Assembly (NCBI GenBank): GCA_045591035.1
Contig: JAZNSG010000027.1
Coordinates: forward strand, 20,871-84,870
Direction of reading: 5' to 3'
Length of the DNA stretch: 64,000 bases
DNA from: Clostridia bacterium
GTDB lineage: Bacteria; Bacillota; Clostridia; Monoglobales; Monoglobaceae
Shown here: positions 19,491 to 29,968 of the stretch, piece by piece
Numbering within the stretch: position 1 is the first letter of the stretch
Layout of the letters: every line of letters starts with the position of its first letter
The notes under the pieces: model-generated
Told to the model about the DNA's origin: nothing
The model's input: only the letters and a program-made list of their open reading frames with translations
The model's database searches: none
Translations under genes and position numbers: made by a program

Positions 19491-21023
19491 ATGACAAACA
19501 CAAATATTCAGCATCTTTGCGCAATGGTAATTTATATGTTAGCTGTCATTGCAATCGGCGTCTATTACAGCAAGAAAGCTAACAAGAACGCCAATTCCTA
19601 TTTTTTAGGCGGGAGAAGTCTTGGCCCTTGGATAGCAGCATTCAGTGCAGAAGCTTCTGATATGTCAGGATGGCTTCTTATGGGGCTTCCGGGCCTTGCT
19701 TATTGGACAGGTCTTGCAGATGCAGGATGGACAGCAATAGGCTTGTTTGTAGGTACATATCTTAACTGGCTTATAGTTTCAAAAAGGCTTCATAACTACA
19801 GTGTAAAGCTTGATGCAATCACTATCCCCGGATTTTTCTCAAAACGTTTCCAAGAGAAAAACCACGTTATTCTGACTATTTCTTCCTTGTTTATCATCAT
19901 TTTCTTCACCGTTTATGCAGGTCAATGCCTTGCATCCTGCGGAAAGCTTTTTGTTAACCTTTTTGGTCTTGAATATCACGAAATGATGATAATTGCAGCT
20001 GTGTTTGTTTTGCTTTATACCTTCCTTGGAGGGTTCTTGGCAGAAAGTGCATCAGATTTTATGCAGGCAGTTGTTATGATAGTAACTCTTGTTATTATCC
20101 TTATTCTTTCAGTGCTTAACGCAGGTGGTATTTCCCAGGTTATAGAAAATGCAAAGAGTTATGATGGCTTTCTGTCCTTATTCGCAAAAGCAACTCCCTC
20201 TGGAGAAGTGGCAAACCAATTCGGTGCAGCAGAACCTTATAAGCTGATATCCCTTCTTTCAAGCCTTGCCTGGGGTCTTGGATACTTTGGTATGCCACAG
20301 GTTCTTCTCAGATTTATGGGCATTAGAAGTGCAAAAGAGCTTACCCGTTCACGCCGTGTTGCTTGTATCTGGTTGTTTATTTCAATGTCAGCCGCTGTAT
20401 TTATCGGTATAGTGGGCAGAAGTGTTGCCGGTCTTTCTTATCTTTCAAATGCTGACGCTGAAAACATCTTTATTGATACTTCAAAAGCATTCTTGCCTCC
20501 TATTCTTGCAGGATTTGCTTGTGCCGGTATCTTAGCGGCATCAATAAGTTCTTCTGACTCATATCTGTTGATTTCAACCTCTGCAATAGCAGAAAACGTA
20601 TATCATGGTATTTTCAGAAAGTCTGCAAGTGACAGAGAAATTATGTGGGCTTCAAGAATAGTTATGACCATCATTACTATAATCGCTATGCTTATTGCAT
20701 GGGATGCAAACAGTACAATTTTCAGCATTACCTCTTTCGCGTGGGCAGGTTTTGGCGCAACCTTCGGTCCTCTTATGCTGTTCTCCCTTTTCTGGAAGAG
20801 AACAACATGGTCCGGTGCTGTTGCAGGTATGCTTTCAGGCGGTATAATGGTATTTGTCTGGAAACTTTGTATTGCAAAACTTGGCGGTTTGTTCGCAGTA
20901 TATGAACTACTTCCTGCTTTCATTATCTCATCAATCGTTATTGTGGTTGTTTCATTACTTACAAAGAAACCCTCCGATGACATTCTGAGCGGCTTCGACG
21001 AAGTCAAAACCTGTGCACAATAA
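19491..21023 (+). CDS. putP: sodium:proline symporter (SSS family)
   Basis: About 510 aa polytopic protein with SAEASDMSGWLLMGLPG, a PutP-type signature. ATG 19491 follows GGAAAGGTGG. Confidence 0.85.
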   Translation: MTNTNIQHLCAMVIYMLAVIAIGVYYSKKANKNANSYFLGGRSLGPWIAAFSAEASDMSGWLLMGLPGLAYWTGLADAGWTAIGLFVGTYLNWLIVSKRLHNYSVKLDAITIPGFFSKRFQEKNHVILTISSLFIIIFFTVYAGQCLASCGKLFVNLFGLEYHEMMIIAAVFVLLYTFLGGFLAESASDFMQAVVMIVTLVIILILSVLNAGGISQVIENAKSYDGFLSLFAKATPSGEVANQFGAAEPYKLISLLSSLAWGLGYFGMPQVLLRFMGIRSAKELTRSRRVACIWLFISMSAAVFIGIVGRSVAGLSYLSNADAENIFIDTSKAFLPPILAGFACAGILAASISSSDSYLLISTSAIAENVYHGIFRKSASDREIMWASRIVMTIITIIAMLIAWDANSTIFSITSFAWAGFGATFGPLMLFSLFWKRTTWSGAVAGMLSGGIMVFVWKLCIAKLGGLFAVYELLPAFIISSIVIVVVSLLTKKPSDDILSGFDEVKTCAQ

Positions 21024-21040
21024 GATATTAATTCTATCAG

Positions 21041-21075
21041 AAAAAGCCTATGCTTGTCGCATAGGCTTTTTTCTT
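21041..21075 (+). terminator. rho-independent terminator of putP
   Basis: AAAAAGCCTATGC-TTGTC-GCATAGGCTTTTTTCT. Confidence 0.75.
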
Positions 21076-21109
21076 ATACTTGCTTAATATTAATTTTTAC
21101 AGAGAAATT

Positions 21110-22411
21110 TTATTTCCCTTTCATAGCTTCATTCAATTTATTCTGTCGACGTAATTTAACCTCTTCCGATACAGGCTTTATTTCTCCCGCTAAAGTAAGT
21201 GCCTGACGAGTAAACAACGGGCCAAACAATTCATAAATCAAAACAGCAAATAATGTTATATTCCGAATGAGAACTCCCTGCTCACCAAGCTGCATAGCAG
21301 TAACACACATTCCAAGCGCAACACCCGCCTGAGGCAACAGTGTAATTCCAAGATATTTGCATATCTGCGGCGCACATTTTGTGGCCTTTGCACTTGTATA
21401 TGTACCAAAATACTTTCCTAATGAACGGAAAATAATATAAACCGCACCTATCATAACAATCGCCATATCAGTAAACACACCAAGTTCAAGTTCAGCTCCG
21501 CTTATAACAAAAAACAAAGCGAAAAGCGGTGATGTCCATTTATCCGAAGCTTTCATAAGGTCCTCAGAAAGGGGACAGATATTGCAAAATATTGTGCCCA
21601 GCATCATACAAGTCAGCAATGTCGAAAAAGCAATATGTACAGGTCCAATGTGGAAATCAAGCTTTGCCAACGAAACTGTGAGAAAAACCAAAGCAATGGT
21701 CATATTTAAACGGTTTGTGTTTGAGTTAAACATTTTCTCAAGCTGAGTAAGCAACCAGCCCATAACAGCACCCAAAGTGAGTGAACAAGCAATCTCCACA
21801 AGAGGATTTATGATTATGGATACCATATCTACCGAACCGACAATCAGGCTTTTTGCTATTCCAAAGGATACAGCAAAAACAACAAGCCCTACAGCATCAT
21901 CAAGAGCAACGATAGGAAGCAAAAGCTTTGTGAGTGGTCCTTCTGCCTTATATTGACGAACAACCATCAGTGTTGCAGCCGGAGCAGTCGCAGTAGCAAT
22001 AGCACCCAAAGTTATGAGTTGCGGAACAGAAAGCTTATCAGGCATAAGGATATGAAATACAAAAAGCGCCAAATCCACAAGCAACGTTGCCACTAAAGCC
22101 TGAACAACGCCAATAACACTGGCTTGTTTACCGGTTTTTTTAAGGTCCTCAAGGCGGAACTCATTTCCGATTGAAAATGCTATAAAACCGAGAGCAATTT
22201 CTGATACAACAGAAAGTCTTGACACATCTTCATGTGAGCCAAACCCAATACTGTTCAAATTAAATGAGCCTAAGAAATAAGGGCCAATAAGCACTCCGGC
22301 AATAAGGTACGCCGTTACCGACGGGAGTTTTAAAGGTTTAAAAGCCCTGGTCATAAGAAGTCCTGCCAAAAGTGCTACAGACACTGATAATAAAATATTC
22401 AAATCAAACAC
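21110..22411 (-). CDS. cation:proton antiporter (Na+/H+ exchanger family)
   Basis: 433 aa, about 12 TM helices, sodium/hydrogen-exchanger-like sequence (AYLIAGVLIGPYFLG). Confidence 0.7.
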   Translation of the reverse strand: MFDLNILLSVSVALLAGLLMTRAFKPLKLPSVTAYLIAGVLIGPYFLGSFNLNSIGFGSHEDVSRLSVVSEIALGFIAFSIGNEFRLEDLKKTGKQASVIGVVQALVATLLVDLALFVFHILMPDKLSVPQLITLGAIATATAPAATLMVVRQYKAEGPLTKLLLPIVALDDAVGLVVFAVSFGIAKSLIVGSVDMVSIIINPLVEIACSLTLGAVMGWLLTQLEKMFNSNTNRLNMTIALVFLTVSLAKLDFHIGPVHIAFSTLLTCMMLGTIFCNICPLSEDLMKASDKWTSPLFALFFVISGAELELGVFTDMAIVMIGAVYIIFRSLGKYFGTYTSAKATKCAPQICKYLGITLLPQAGVALGMCVTAMQLGEQGVLIRNITLFAVLIYELFGPLFTRQALTLAGEIKPVSEEVKLRRQNKLNEAMKGK

Positions 22412-22474
22412 TCTCCTTTTTCAAGTCCGTTGGTAATTATAGTCCAATACTGCCAAAAAGTCAATAGTTATTGC

Positions 22475-22511
22475 AAAAAAATAAGGCGCTGTATAAAACT
22501 CACAGCACCTT
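22475..22511 (-). terminator. rho-independent terminator after the MBOAT-DHHW operon
   Basis: Minus strand reads AAGGUGCUGU...ACAGCGCCUU, a stem with one G-U pair, followed by AUUUUUUU. Confidence 0.55.
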
Positions 22512-22516
22512 TATTT

Positions 22517-23653
22517 TTATTTCATTAACATTGAGCTGTTCACCATTGAAGCGGAATACAAAAACAATGCATCCTGATTTGGATTAAACTCAACAAATTC
22601 ACCAATTAACATACTGGGAACGTATCTTAAATCCACGAGGGTAATTTTTGAATAAGCACCGGAGAAAAGCGGAGCTATGCTTGACCCGAAGGAGTCTCTG
22701 AAAAGCACAAGCTCTCTGTCAGTCTTTGCATTTTCACACTCAACAGTAATAATCGGTTGCATGCCGGAAAGAAAAACATCATATCCGTCCATTCCCTCAA
22801 ATCTGTCAAGTGCATAAATTCTCTCGTCGGTGTCTATCTCAACGCCAAAATTTTCTTTGAGTACACCTGGGTCAACACCCGAAACCTTAGCATTTTCTGT
22901 ATACTCGCTTGAAAGATAGTGAAGCTCATCAGGTTTCAAGCCGAGCGCCACCTGACCCCAATAAACACCGTAAAACGGGCTTAGGCTGTTTTTCTTATAT
23001 TCGCTTTCCGAAAGTAAATATTCACCCATTCCCATTTCATCTGCAAGTTTTTTTGCTGTGGGGTAAATCTTGTCCTGAGACCAGTGAGTATCTGTTCTGT
23101 AATAATCCTCAAGATCAAGAGTATCAAAAATATCAATATACTGCGCCTTTGTTATTCCAGACTCGAGCATATCAAGCAATTTATCATACTCCAGTCTTGG
23201 ATGAAGGTTGTTTTCAGGTGCAAAATAGGTCTTGTCGGGAATGATTGAGTAATACACATTCATATCCTTAAGATACATGCTACTTACTCTTTCCATAAGA
23301 CCAATTCCGTATTTAACCTGATTTTCATCAAAAGGCTTATCATGCTTGAATATATTGTCTCCATCAACCCAAAGACCGTTTACATCCTTTTGTCCAAGAA
23401 CTTTAAATCTTCCAAAGGAATTTAGTTTGCGAAGGGATTCACGGAACGGAAAATGGTCAAGGAGATAACTCTCAAGTTCCCCCGAAAACTCACGGGACAA
23501 AGCACTTTCCACTGTAAGCTCGGGAAACTTTGCAAGTTTTCTTCTTTCAGCCAAAGAAACCTCTTTGTCGGGAATAAGAAAAAATAAACCGCAAATTCCA
23601 AAAACCACTATGCTGAATAATGTTATTGTTAAAATATCTTTTATTTTTTTCAT
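22517..23653 (-). CDS. DHHW-family (AlgJ/AlgX-like SGNH) protein, putative O-acyltransferase partner
   Basis: 378 aa with an N-terminal TM anchor and the YYRTDTHWS motif. Sits 2 nt downstream of the MBOAT gene. Confidence 0.65.
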   Translation of the reverse strand: MKKIKDILTITLFSIVVFGICGLFFLIPDKEVSLAERRKLAKFPELTVESALSREFSGELESYLLDHFPFRESLRKLNSFGRFKVLGQKDVNGLWVDGDNIFKHDKPFDENQVKYGIGLMERVSSMYLKDMNVYYSIIPDKTYFAPENNLHPRLEYDKLLDMLESGITKAQYIDIFDTLDLEDYYRTDTHWSQDKIYPTAKKLADEMGMGEYLLSESEYKKNSLSPFYGVYWGQVALGLKPDELHYLSSEYTENAKVSGVDPGVLKENFGVEIDTDERIYALDRFEGMDGYDVFLSGMQPIITVECENAKTDRELVLFRDSFGSSIAPLFSGAYSKITLVDLRYVPSMLIGEFVEFNPNQDALFLYSASMVNSSMLMK

Positions 23654-23655
23654 AA

Positions 23656-25041
23656 TTAAAACCTAAAATATAAAAACGGATTAAACGAACCATTAATTAT
23701 TAACGCCGTAGACGCTACCAGTATCGCAACAGCAAGAATAGGCTCAAGCAGAAAACCAATTCGCCCTGTATATTTTTGCCACAGCATTTTTGGAAGCGGA
23801 GTAGCTCCAAAAACAGCCACAACAAAAACTATTGCATAACTGCTTATATTATACAAAGTATCCCTGTTCCAAAGGGGAATATCAAGGCCTCCGAACATAC
23901 CCTTGAAATCGTTAATCACACCAGTTAGTCCATTTGCATTGAACACAGCAAAGCTAAGAACAACCACAAACAGGGTATAAATATAACCAAATGCTTTCGG
24001 AACTTTTCCGAAGAAGCTTCCCAGCCAAAGCTTTTCTATAGCAAGGAATACTCCAAACATAGCACCCCAAAGAACAAAGTTCCACTGTGCACCATGCCAA
24101 AAACCCGTAAGAAGCCAGACGACAGCAATATTCCGAACCCATTTTAGCTTGGACACACGATTCCCTCCAAGAGGAATGTAAACATAATCTCTAAACCAAC
24201 TGCCAAGGGTCATATGCCAACGTCTCCAAAACTCAGTTATAGAGTTTGAAATAAAGGGATAGTTAAAGTTCTCGGGAAATTTAAATCCAAACATTTTGCC
24301 CAAGCCGATTGCCATATCGCTGTACCCGGAAAAGTCAAAGTAAATCTGAAGAGCAAAAGCAATTACATTCATCCAATAAAACAGCACTGTTTTCTCATTG
24401 GATGCAGCAAAATTCGCACAGAATTCTCCAAGCAAGTTGGCAATCATTACCTTCTTGCCCATACCCACACAAAAACGCAAAACTCCGTCTGCCACATTTT
24501 CAATGCGGCATTCTCTGTTTTTAAGTTCCTTTTCAACATCTTTATACCTGACAATCGGTCCTGCAATAAGTTGTGGGAACAGGCACACATAGGTCATGAA
24601 AGTCGAAAGATTTGGCTGGACCTTGGCGTTCCCTCGATAAACGTCAATTGTATAGCTCATGGTCTGAAAGGTGAAAAAGCTTATTCCAATAGGCAAAGCT
24701 ATGTTCATAAGTGGAATTTCCGTTGAAAACAGAGAATTTATATTGGTAATAAAGAAGTCTGTATACTTGAAAAATCCCAAAAGTGACAGATTTATCACTA
24801 TCGAAGATACAAGTGCACCTTTGGCAATTTTTGTTCCCCGAAACTTTTCAATTATGAGACCATGTATCCAATCCACTATTGACGAAAACAACAGAAGTGA
24901 CACATAAACGGGTTCACCAAAGCAATAAAATATTAAACTTATAATCAGCAAAAACACATTTCTCCAGGACTTTGGTATCAGAAAATACAAAGCCGCAAAC
25001 GGGAGAAAAAAATACATAAATGTAATGCCTGAAAAAAGCAT
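23656..25041 (-). CDS. MBOAT-family membrane O-acyltransferase (AlgI/DltB-like)
   Basis: 461 aa polytopic; FWRRWHMTLGSWFRDYVYIPLGG and the conserved His in FWHG. Confidence 0.85.
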   Translation of the reverse strand: MLFSGITFMYFFLPFAALYFLIPKSWRNVFLLIISLIFYCFGEPVYVSLLLFSSIVDWIHGLIIEKFRGTKIAKGALVSSIVINLSLLGFFKYTDFFITNINSLFSTEIPLMNIALPIGISFFTFQTMSYTIDVYRGNAKVQPNLSTFMTYVCLFPQLIAGPIVRYKDVEKELKNRECRIENVADGVLRFCVGMGKKVMIANLLGEFCANFAASNEKTVLFYWMNVIAFALQIYFDFSGYSDMAIGLGKMFGFKFPENFNYPFISNSITEFWRRWHMTLGSWFRDYVYIPLGGNRVSKLKWVRNIAVVWLLTGFWHGAQWNFVLWGAMFGVFLAIEKLWLGSFFGKVPKAFGYIYTLFVVVLSFAVFNANGLTGVINDFKGMFGGLDIPLWNRDTLYNISSYAIVFVVAVFGATPLPKMLWQKYTGRIGFLLEPILAVAILVASTALIINGSFNPFLYFRF

Positions 25042-25069
25042 AATCTATCCTTTCATCTTATGCACAAAT

Positions 25070-25783
25070 TTACCCCTTAAGAAAATTTGAGGTAATAGCA
25101 TCTACGTTAGCTTCTGATGACATAACGAGAAGCACCAGATTTCCTTTTGTAACAACCTTAACCTTTTCAGCCTCAACACAAATCCATTTTCTTGGGTCAG
25201 CATTGTTTTTCATTTTTTCAGCAAACTCAGAAACAGAAACACCATTTGGCAAACGAACAAGAACAACAGAATGAGCAAAAGATGACATCATTGGCTCACT
25301 GACAAGTCCCTCTGCACCTTCTACATAATCGGTAAAAGTAAAAGCTGAAAAATTCTCCTCATCCAAAGGAAGTTCCATAAGCTTTGGCATTTCTCCAAGC
25401 CCAGATGTTGCCTGTTTCATAATTTCAGCTAAGCTGCGTGTATCCAAAGGCTCAGTTTCTGCAGGTTTCTGAGTTTCTGCTGGTTTTTGAGTTTCTGCAG
25501 GTTTTTGGGTTTCTGCAGGTTTTTTATTTGGCTGCTCAGCCGGTTTCTTGTCATCAACAGCAGTCTCATCTTTTTTGTCTGTTTCTTCCTTTTTGTCACT
25601 ATTGACTGTATTAGAATCAGTCTTTTCAAACTCATTCGAATCTTCGTCCGGGGTTGAAACATCAGTTTCCGCCTCTTGCTCAATTACAGTATTTTCTGCG
25701 TTTTCTTCTGTTTCAGTCTTTTTCCCACATCCTGTCAAGGCAAATACAGATATAATTGCCAATAATAAAGCTATTTTTTTCAT
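25070..25783 (-). CDS. DUF4358-like lipoprotein with low-complexity PAETQK repeats
   Basis: Lipobox LTGC, an acidic and Lys-rich linker, and a C-terminal domain resembling DUF4358 (from memory). That family commonly sits next to MBOAT/DHHW pairs. Confidence 0.55.
   Translation of the reverse strand: MKKIALLLAIISVFALTGCGKKTETEENAENTVIEQEAETDVSTPDEDSNEFEKTDSNTVNSDKKEETDKKDETAVDDKKPAEQPNKKPAETQKPAETQKPAETQKPAETEPLDTRSLAEIMKQATSGLGEMPKLMELPLDEENFSAFTFTDYVEGAEGLVSEPMMSSFAHSVVLVRLPNGVSVSEFAEKMKNNADPRKWICVEAEKVKVVTKGNLVLLVMSSEANVDAITSNFLKG
25456..25528. repeat. four tandem 18-nt coding repeats (KPAETQ)x4
   Basis: ttctgcaggtttctgagt / ttctgctggtttttgagt / ttctgcaggtttttgggt / ttctgcaggttttttatt, inside the lipoprotein gene. 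Confidence 0.8.
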
Positions 25784-25918
25784 AATAAGTCTCCTTTTTT
25801 ATCTTAATTATTAGTATTTCACTACTAATACCTTTTTACATACAAAAAGGTTGCATAAAATAAAAATTTTTTGCAACTTTTTGTCTTTTCTAATTATTCC
25901 ACAATTTTCAGGGAACTA

Positions 25919-26341
25919 TTATTTCCCCCCGGGAGATTTTTTGTCGTTGTCCAAGGATTTGGAAAATACATAAAACCTTTGATATAAAAACTCTGTGGAA
26001 AAATTAAGCACCATATTTAAAGCTGTAACAAGATATTCATTCCACTTTAGCGTTTCTGCAAGATAGTTGCCCAGTATCGTGGTAGCGGGAGTAAACACCG
26101 CATAATAAGCCAGAACCTTTATCATTGCCACAGGCACATTTGCCGCTGAATGAAAGGTGAACTTTCTGTTCAAAGTAAAGTTCCAGACAACACTCAAAAG
26201 AAGTGCTATCAAGTAACAAGGCCAATAGGTGAATTCCGTAAGCTCAGTCAGCAAGGTGAAGCTAACTATCTGAATAATCCCTGCACTTATTGAGAACAGA
26301 AAAAACTTTAAAAGCCGTATATATTCTTTCATATCACACAC
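25919..26341 (-). CDS. GtrA-family membrane protein
   Basis: 140 aa, 4 TM helices; ...NFTLNRKFTFHS... is typical of GtrA-like proteins. Confidence 0.7.
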   Translation of the reverse strand: MCDMKEYIRLLKFFLFSISAGIIQIVSFTLLTELTEFTYWPCYLIALLLSVVWNFTLNRKFTFHSAANVPVAMIKVLAYYAVFTPATTILGNYLAETLKWNEYLVTALNMVLNFSTEFLYQRFYVFSKSLDNDKKSPGGK

Positions 26342-26348
26342 TCCGGAT

Positions 26349-26909
26349 TTAATTTGCTTTTATTCTGTCAAAACATTCCAAAATCAAGGGGTCATCCACA
26401 GACTCAATCACATCAAAGTATGTCACAATTTCAGGGATAACAGCCTTTGACCTCGCCAGGTCTTTAACAAGAGCAACAAGTGCATCATAAAAACCATTTA
26501 TGTTTAAAACTATAATCGGTGTATTAATTTGCTTCAGATACTTAAGGGTCAGAACCTGAAAAAATTCATCCATTGTCCCTATGCCACCCGGGGCAATAAA
26601 AAACAAATCTGCGTGTTTTTCCATAAGTGTCTTTCTTTCGCTCATGGTATCCACCATAACAGTATTGTCACAGTCGAAAATCGGTTCGAATTCCTTTATG
26701 AAATGGGGCGAAATTCCCATGACATATCCGCCATTTTCGCGGACTCCTCTCGCAACAGCACCCATACAGCCCGAAGCCCCCGCTCCATACACCAAAGAAA
26801 AGCCATTTTCTGTTATTATTTTACCCAGCTTTTCAATTTCCTTTATGTAAAGTTCATCTATTTTCTGTGATGCACCTCCATAAACACACGCATAATATCT
26901 CTTAGGCAT
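26349..26909 (-). CDS. LOG-family (TIGR00730) nucleotide phosphoribohydrolase
   Basis: 186 aa with YGGASQKIDE... and PGGIGTMDEF motifs. Confidence 0.85.
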   Translation of the reverse strand: MPKRYYACVYGGASQKIDELYIKEIEKLGKIITENGFSLVYGAGASGCMGAVARGVRENGGYVMGISPHFIKEFEPIFDCDNTVMVDTMSERKTLMEKHADLFFIAPGGIGTMDEFFQVLTLKYLKQINTPIIVLNINGFYDALVALVKDLARSKAVIPEIVTYFDVIESVDDPLILECFDRIKAN

Positions 26910-27026
26910 ATAACATCCCCCTTAGTTCGTTTTTCTGTATATTTTTTCCTTTATACATGAGACAGACGGTTTGGATACCAAGCTTTGGCAATTGTTCCTG
27001 TCAAGTCAGGACTAATCTTTTATTTT

Positions 27027-28421
27027 TTACATATCCTTTTTAAATGGTTTTCTAAAAATTGCACCAAATACCATAATAACTGCAAAAACAATTAAATAGA
27101 AAAGCACTGGGAATGAAAATGTACCGTTAGCTTTTGCAGCTAAGTACGGTGTAACACCATGTGCATACACTGCCGCAAAAACCATAAACAAACAAGCAGC
27201 ACAAGCACTAATGGGCAGTATAAAACGCTTAAACACACTCATTTCCTTTTCTTTTTTCATCCAAGCAATGAAGATTGGGATATACATAGCATACACAGTT
27301 ATAATGGGGAGCTCTGACGAGTCGAAATTAAATACACCAAACCAGCCACTTGTAAGATTAGCACCATAAAAATATAGTAACCAGGCTGCACAAACAAACA
27401 ACCCCCAAACCGCAGAATTTGTTGTCATATTAGTTTCCTTATCAATCTGTCCAAACACTTTTGGCTTTGGTCCCTCTTCTCGTGCAGCAATCGCATACAT
27501 ACCACGAGTTGCACCAACCATCAGTCCATTTAATGTACCAAGACACGAAATAACAATACATATATTTAGTAAAGAGCCTCCAATACCGCCAAAAATATTA
27601 ATAAACGCAGTAGGTGCGCCCTCTTGTATTAAAACCGCACTACTTGCTCCACCGGCAACGCCAACAAAATATAAAACATAGGCACTTACAACAATGACAG
27701 AGCCGATAACCAAAGCAATAGGCAGGTTTCTCTTTGGATTTTTTAGTTCAGCATTGATAGAAGTGGCAACAATCCATCCCTCATACGCAAACACAGTTGC
27801 TACAATCGCCGCAAACAGTCCACTGCTTGTTGATCCCCCAACTGCTTTAGTAACAACAGATGTAAAATTATTAGTCAAATTTCCGTTTGCAAATCCTACA
27901 CATGTGCCAACAATCGCCATCAATGTAATAGGAATAAGTTTAATAACGGTTGCACTGACTTGGAATTTTCCTGCAAGTTTGGGAGAAAGTGCATTAATAA
28001 CATAAGCTGAAACAAGGAAGAATCCGGAGAGCGCCAAAACCTCTGCTCCCACCATACTCCAGCCAAAAAGCACACCAAAATATCTTGCAGATACCCATGC
28101 AAGAACAGAAGTCATACCGGGGTAATAGAGATTTACCATAAACCAGGCTATGTAGTATGCATAACTTTTGCCACAGGTTGCCTCAGCGTAATCAACCAGG
28201 CCGCTGACTTTTTCATACTTTGTTGCCATACAGGCAAACTGTGAAGGGCAAATAATCATCAAAAGACCTGTAATTACCCATGCTGCAATACCAATGGGCA
28301 TATTACCACCTGTTGCTGCCAGTACATTTTGTGCCTTAAAGAATACACCCGAGCCGATTACTGTGCCTACTACCAAACAAATAGCAGTAGCCAAACCATA
28401 TTTTTGTTCAAGTTTTTCCAT
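27027..28421 (-). CDS. APC-superfamily amino acid permease
   Basis: About 464 aa polytopic with the VVGTVIGSGVFFK motif. Start moved to ATG 28421, preceded by AGAGGAGAA. Confidence 0.8.
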   Translation of the reverse strand: MEKLEQKYGLATAICLVVGTVIGSGVFFKAQNVLAATGGNMPIGIAAWVITGLLMIICPSQFACMATKYEKVSGLVDYAEATCGKSYAYYIAWFMVNLYYPGMTSVLAWVSARYFGVLFGWSMVGAEVLALSGFFLVSAYVINALSPKLAGKFQVSATVIKLIPITLMAIVGTCVGFANGNLTNNFTSVVTKAVGGSTSSGLFAAIVATVFAYEGWIVATSINAELKNPKRNLPIALVIGSVIVVSAYVLYFVGVAGGASSAVLIQEGAPTAFINIFGGIGGSLLNICIVISCLGTLNGLMVGATRGMYAIAAREEGPKPKVFGQIDKETNMTTNSAVWGLFVCAAWLLYFYGANLTSGWFGVFNFDSSELPIITVYAMYIPIFIAWMKKEKEMSVFKRFILPISACAACLFMVFAAVYAHGVTPYLAAKANGTFSFPVLFYLIVFAVIMVFGAIFRKPFKKDM

Positions 28422-28560
28422 GTTTCTCCTCTGCTTTCTTTTTATATTCGTATTTTTGTCAACACTAATAATAAACTGTCTTTTAATGCACCAAAAGTGC
28501 AATTCTTTGCATTATGTATCAAGTCCGGACTAAAAAATTTTCCTAAATTTTTACTGTCCT

Positions 28561-28992
28561 TTATTTTGTATATACAAGCTCATAGTGCTCACCGTCGTTG
28601 AACACCGCTCCGTCAACGCCTGTCATCATGCCTTCACCATTTTTGTTGAAACCCCAGTAGCATTGATTTTTATCATAATCTGCCGTTATACCATTGACTT
28701 TTTTTACATAAAGTCCATATGCACCATTTTCGCCCTCAATCAGATTATGCTCAATCAAAGCCTCGCCAAGAGTTTCTTTATCGGAATGTATAGTGAATGT
28801 GACGGATTTATCCTCAGCCATAACTTCTACTAAAACAGTCTTTTCTCCATCGCCAAGTTCGATATCTTCCGTATAAACCGCCTCTGACCACACATCTGAC
28901 TCAGGTAATGTCTTGCTGCAAGCAGAAAAACCCAAGCACAAAATAATAACTAAAATACAACATATTAAAGGTGTTACTCTTTCTTTTTTCAT
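28561..28992 (-). CDS. DUF4430-domain lipoprotein
   Basis: 143 aa; lipobox GFSAC; C-terminal ...YWGFNKNGEGMMTGVDGAVFNDGEHYELVY, typical of DUF4430 (from memory). Confidence 0.6.
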   Translation of the reverse strand: MKKERVTPLICCILVIILCLGFSACSKTLPESDVWSEAVYTEDIELGDGEKTVLVEVMAEDKSVTFTIHSDKETLGEALIEHNLIEGENGAYGLYVKKVNGITADYDKNQCYWGFNKNGEGMMTGVDGAVFNDGEHYELVYTK

Positions 28993-29118
28993 AATTCCTC
29001 CTTAGAATTCTACACATATTATGTGCGTATGTAATAAATGATTTGGTGCCAATGTTTTTTAGTAATTGCGAGACATAAAGTCCAAATGCTAAACTGTCTG
29101 AAACCTACAATCTTGATT

Positions 29119-29913
29119 TTACAGATAGAGCTTTTTGTCTATCGGCATATCATTATCAAGCAGCTCACCAAAAGAGTTGTTTTTATATATTCTTTCAATC
29201 ACAGAATACATTTTTCTTGCACTACACATTTGCACTTTGGCCTCCCCTATATACCCATCCTCAATACAGCCATAATATCGAAATGGCTCTTCAAACTTCG
29301 GAAAATATACCGAAGCATCAGGAATTTCTTCATCAAACCAGTATAAAAACCGCTTTTCTTCCGTTCCGTCTTTGTGAATAATCTTTTTTTCTACCATATA
29401 ATCCGTCAAACGACAGGGTGTTCCAAGAGACTCCTCAACATAGTGCAAATATGTGTTTTTATCATGTCCTACACCAATTAAAAGAACATACCCATCCGCA
29501 GCAAAAAGTTTGCCATAACACCCTAAGGGATTTGCAGGGGTGTCTGTAACTGCCTCAAAATTTATAAAATGCTCCACCTTTTCTTTATCTCCAAATACCG
29601 CCATAGAATGTGTGGGGTGCAGAGTTCGTGTAGCATCGGGATGCGCTGCCGCAAGTCTTGGCAAGACGCCAAGGCAGCTATATGCTGTCCTTCGGTCATA
29701 CACATCACTTTCCCATGTATGTGTTGGTACGCACAAAAGTCCCCCATCTTGCGTAAAAAAATCAATCAACACAGATAAAAGAGTTTCGCCGCCGCCTTCT
29801 ATTTCCCCCACAGATTTCAGCGAGGTATGCACAGTAACGATTTTACCCTTAATATGTTGAAATTTCTCAAGTTGTGTTATCAGTTGGCTTTTTGTTAATA
29901 AAATCTTTCCCAT
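29119..29913 (-). CDS. aminoglycoside N(3)-acetyltransferase family protein (AAC(3)-like)
   Basis: 264 aa; VHTSLKSVGEIEGGGETLL, HPTHSMAVFG and LLIGVGHDKNTYLHYVEE match the Antibiotic_NAT fold pattern. Confidence 0.75.
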   Translation of the reverse strand: MGKILLTKSQLITQLEKFQHIKGKIVTVHTSLKSVGEIEGGGETLLSVLIDFFTQDGGLLCVPTHTWESDVYDRRTAYSCLGVLPRLAAAHPDATRTLHPTHSMAVFGDKEKVEHFINFEAVTDTPANPLGCYGKLFAADGYVLLIGVGHDKNTYLHYVEESLGTPCRLTDYMVEKKIIHKDGTEEKRFLYWFDEEIPDASVYFPKFEEPFRYYGCIEDGYIGEAKVQMCSARKMYSVIERIYKNNSFGELLDNDMPIDKKLYL

Positions 29914-29968
29914 ATATTAAACTTTCCTCTAATTCTGATACTAAAAACAGTTAAAAGCAAATCTGTAT

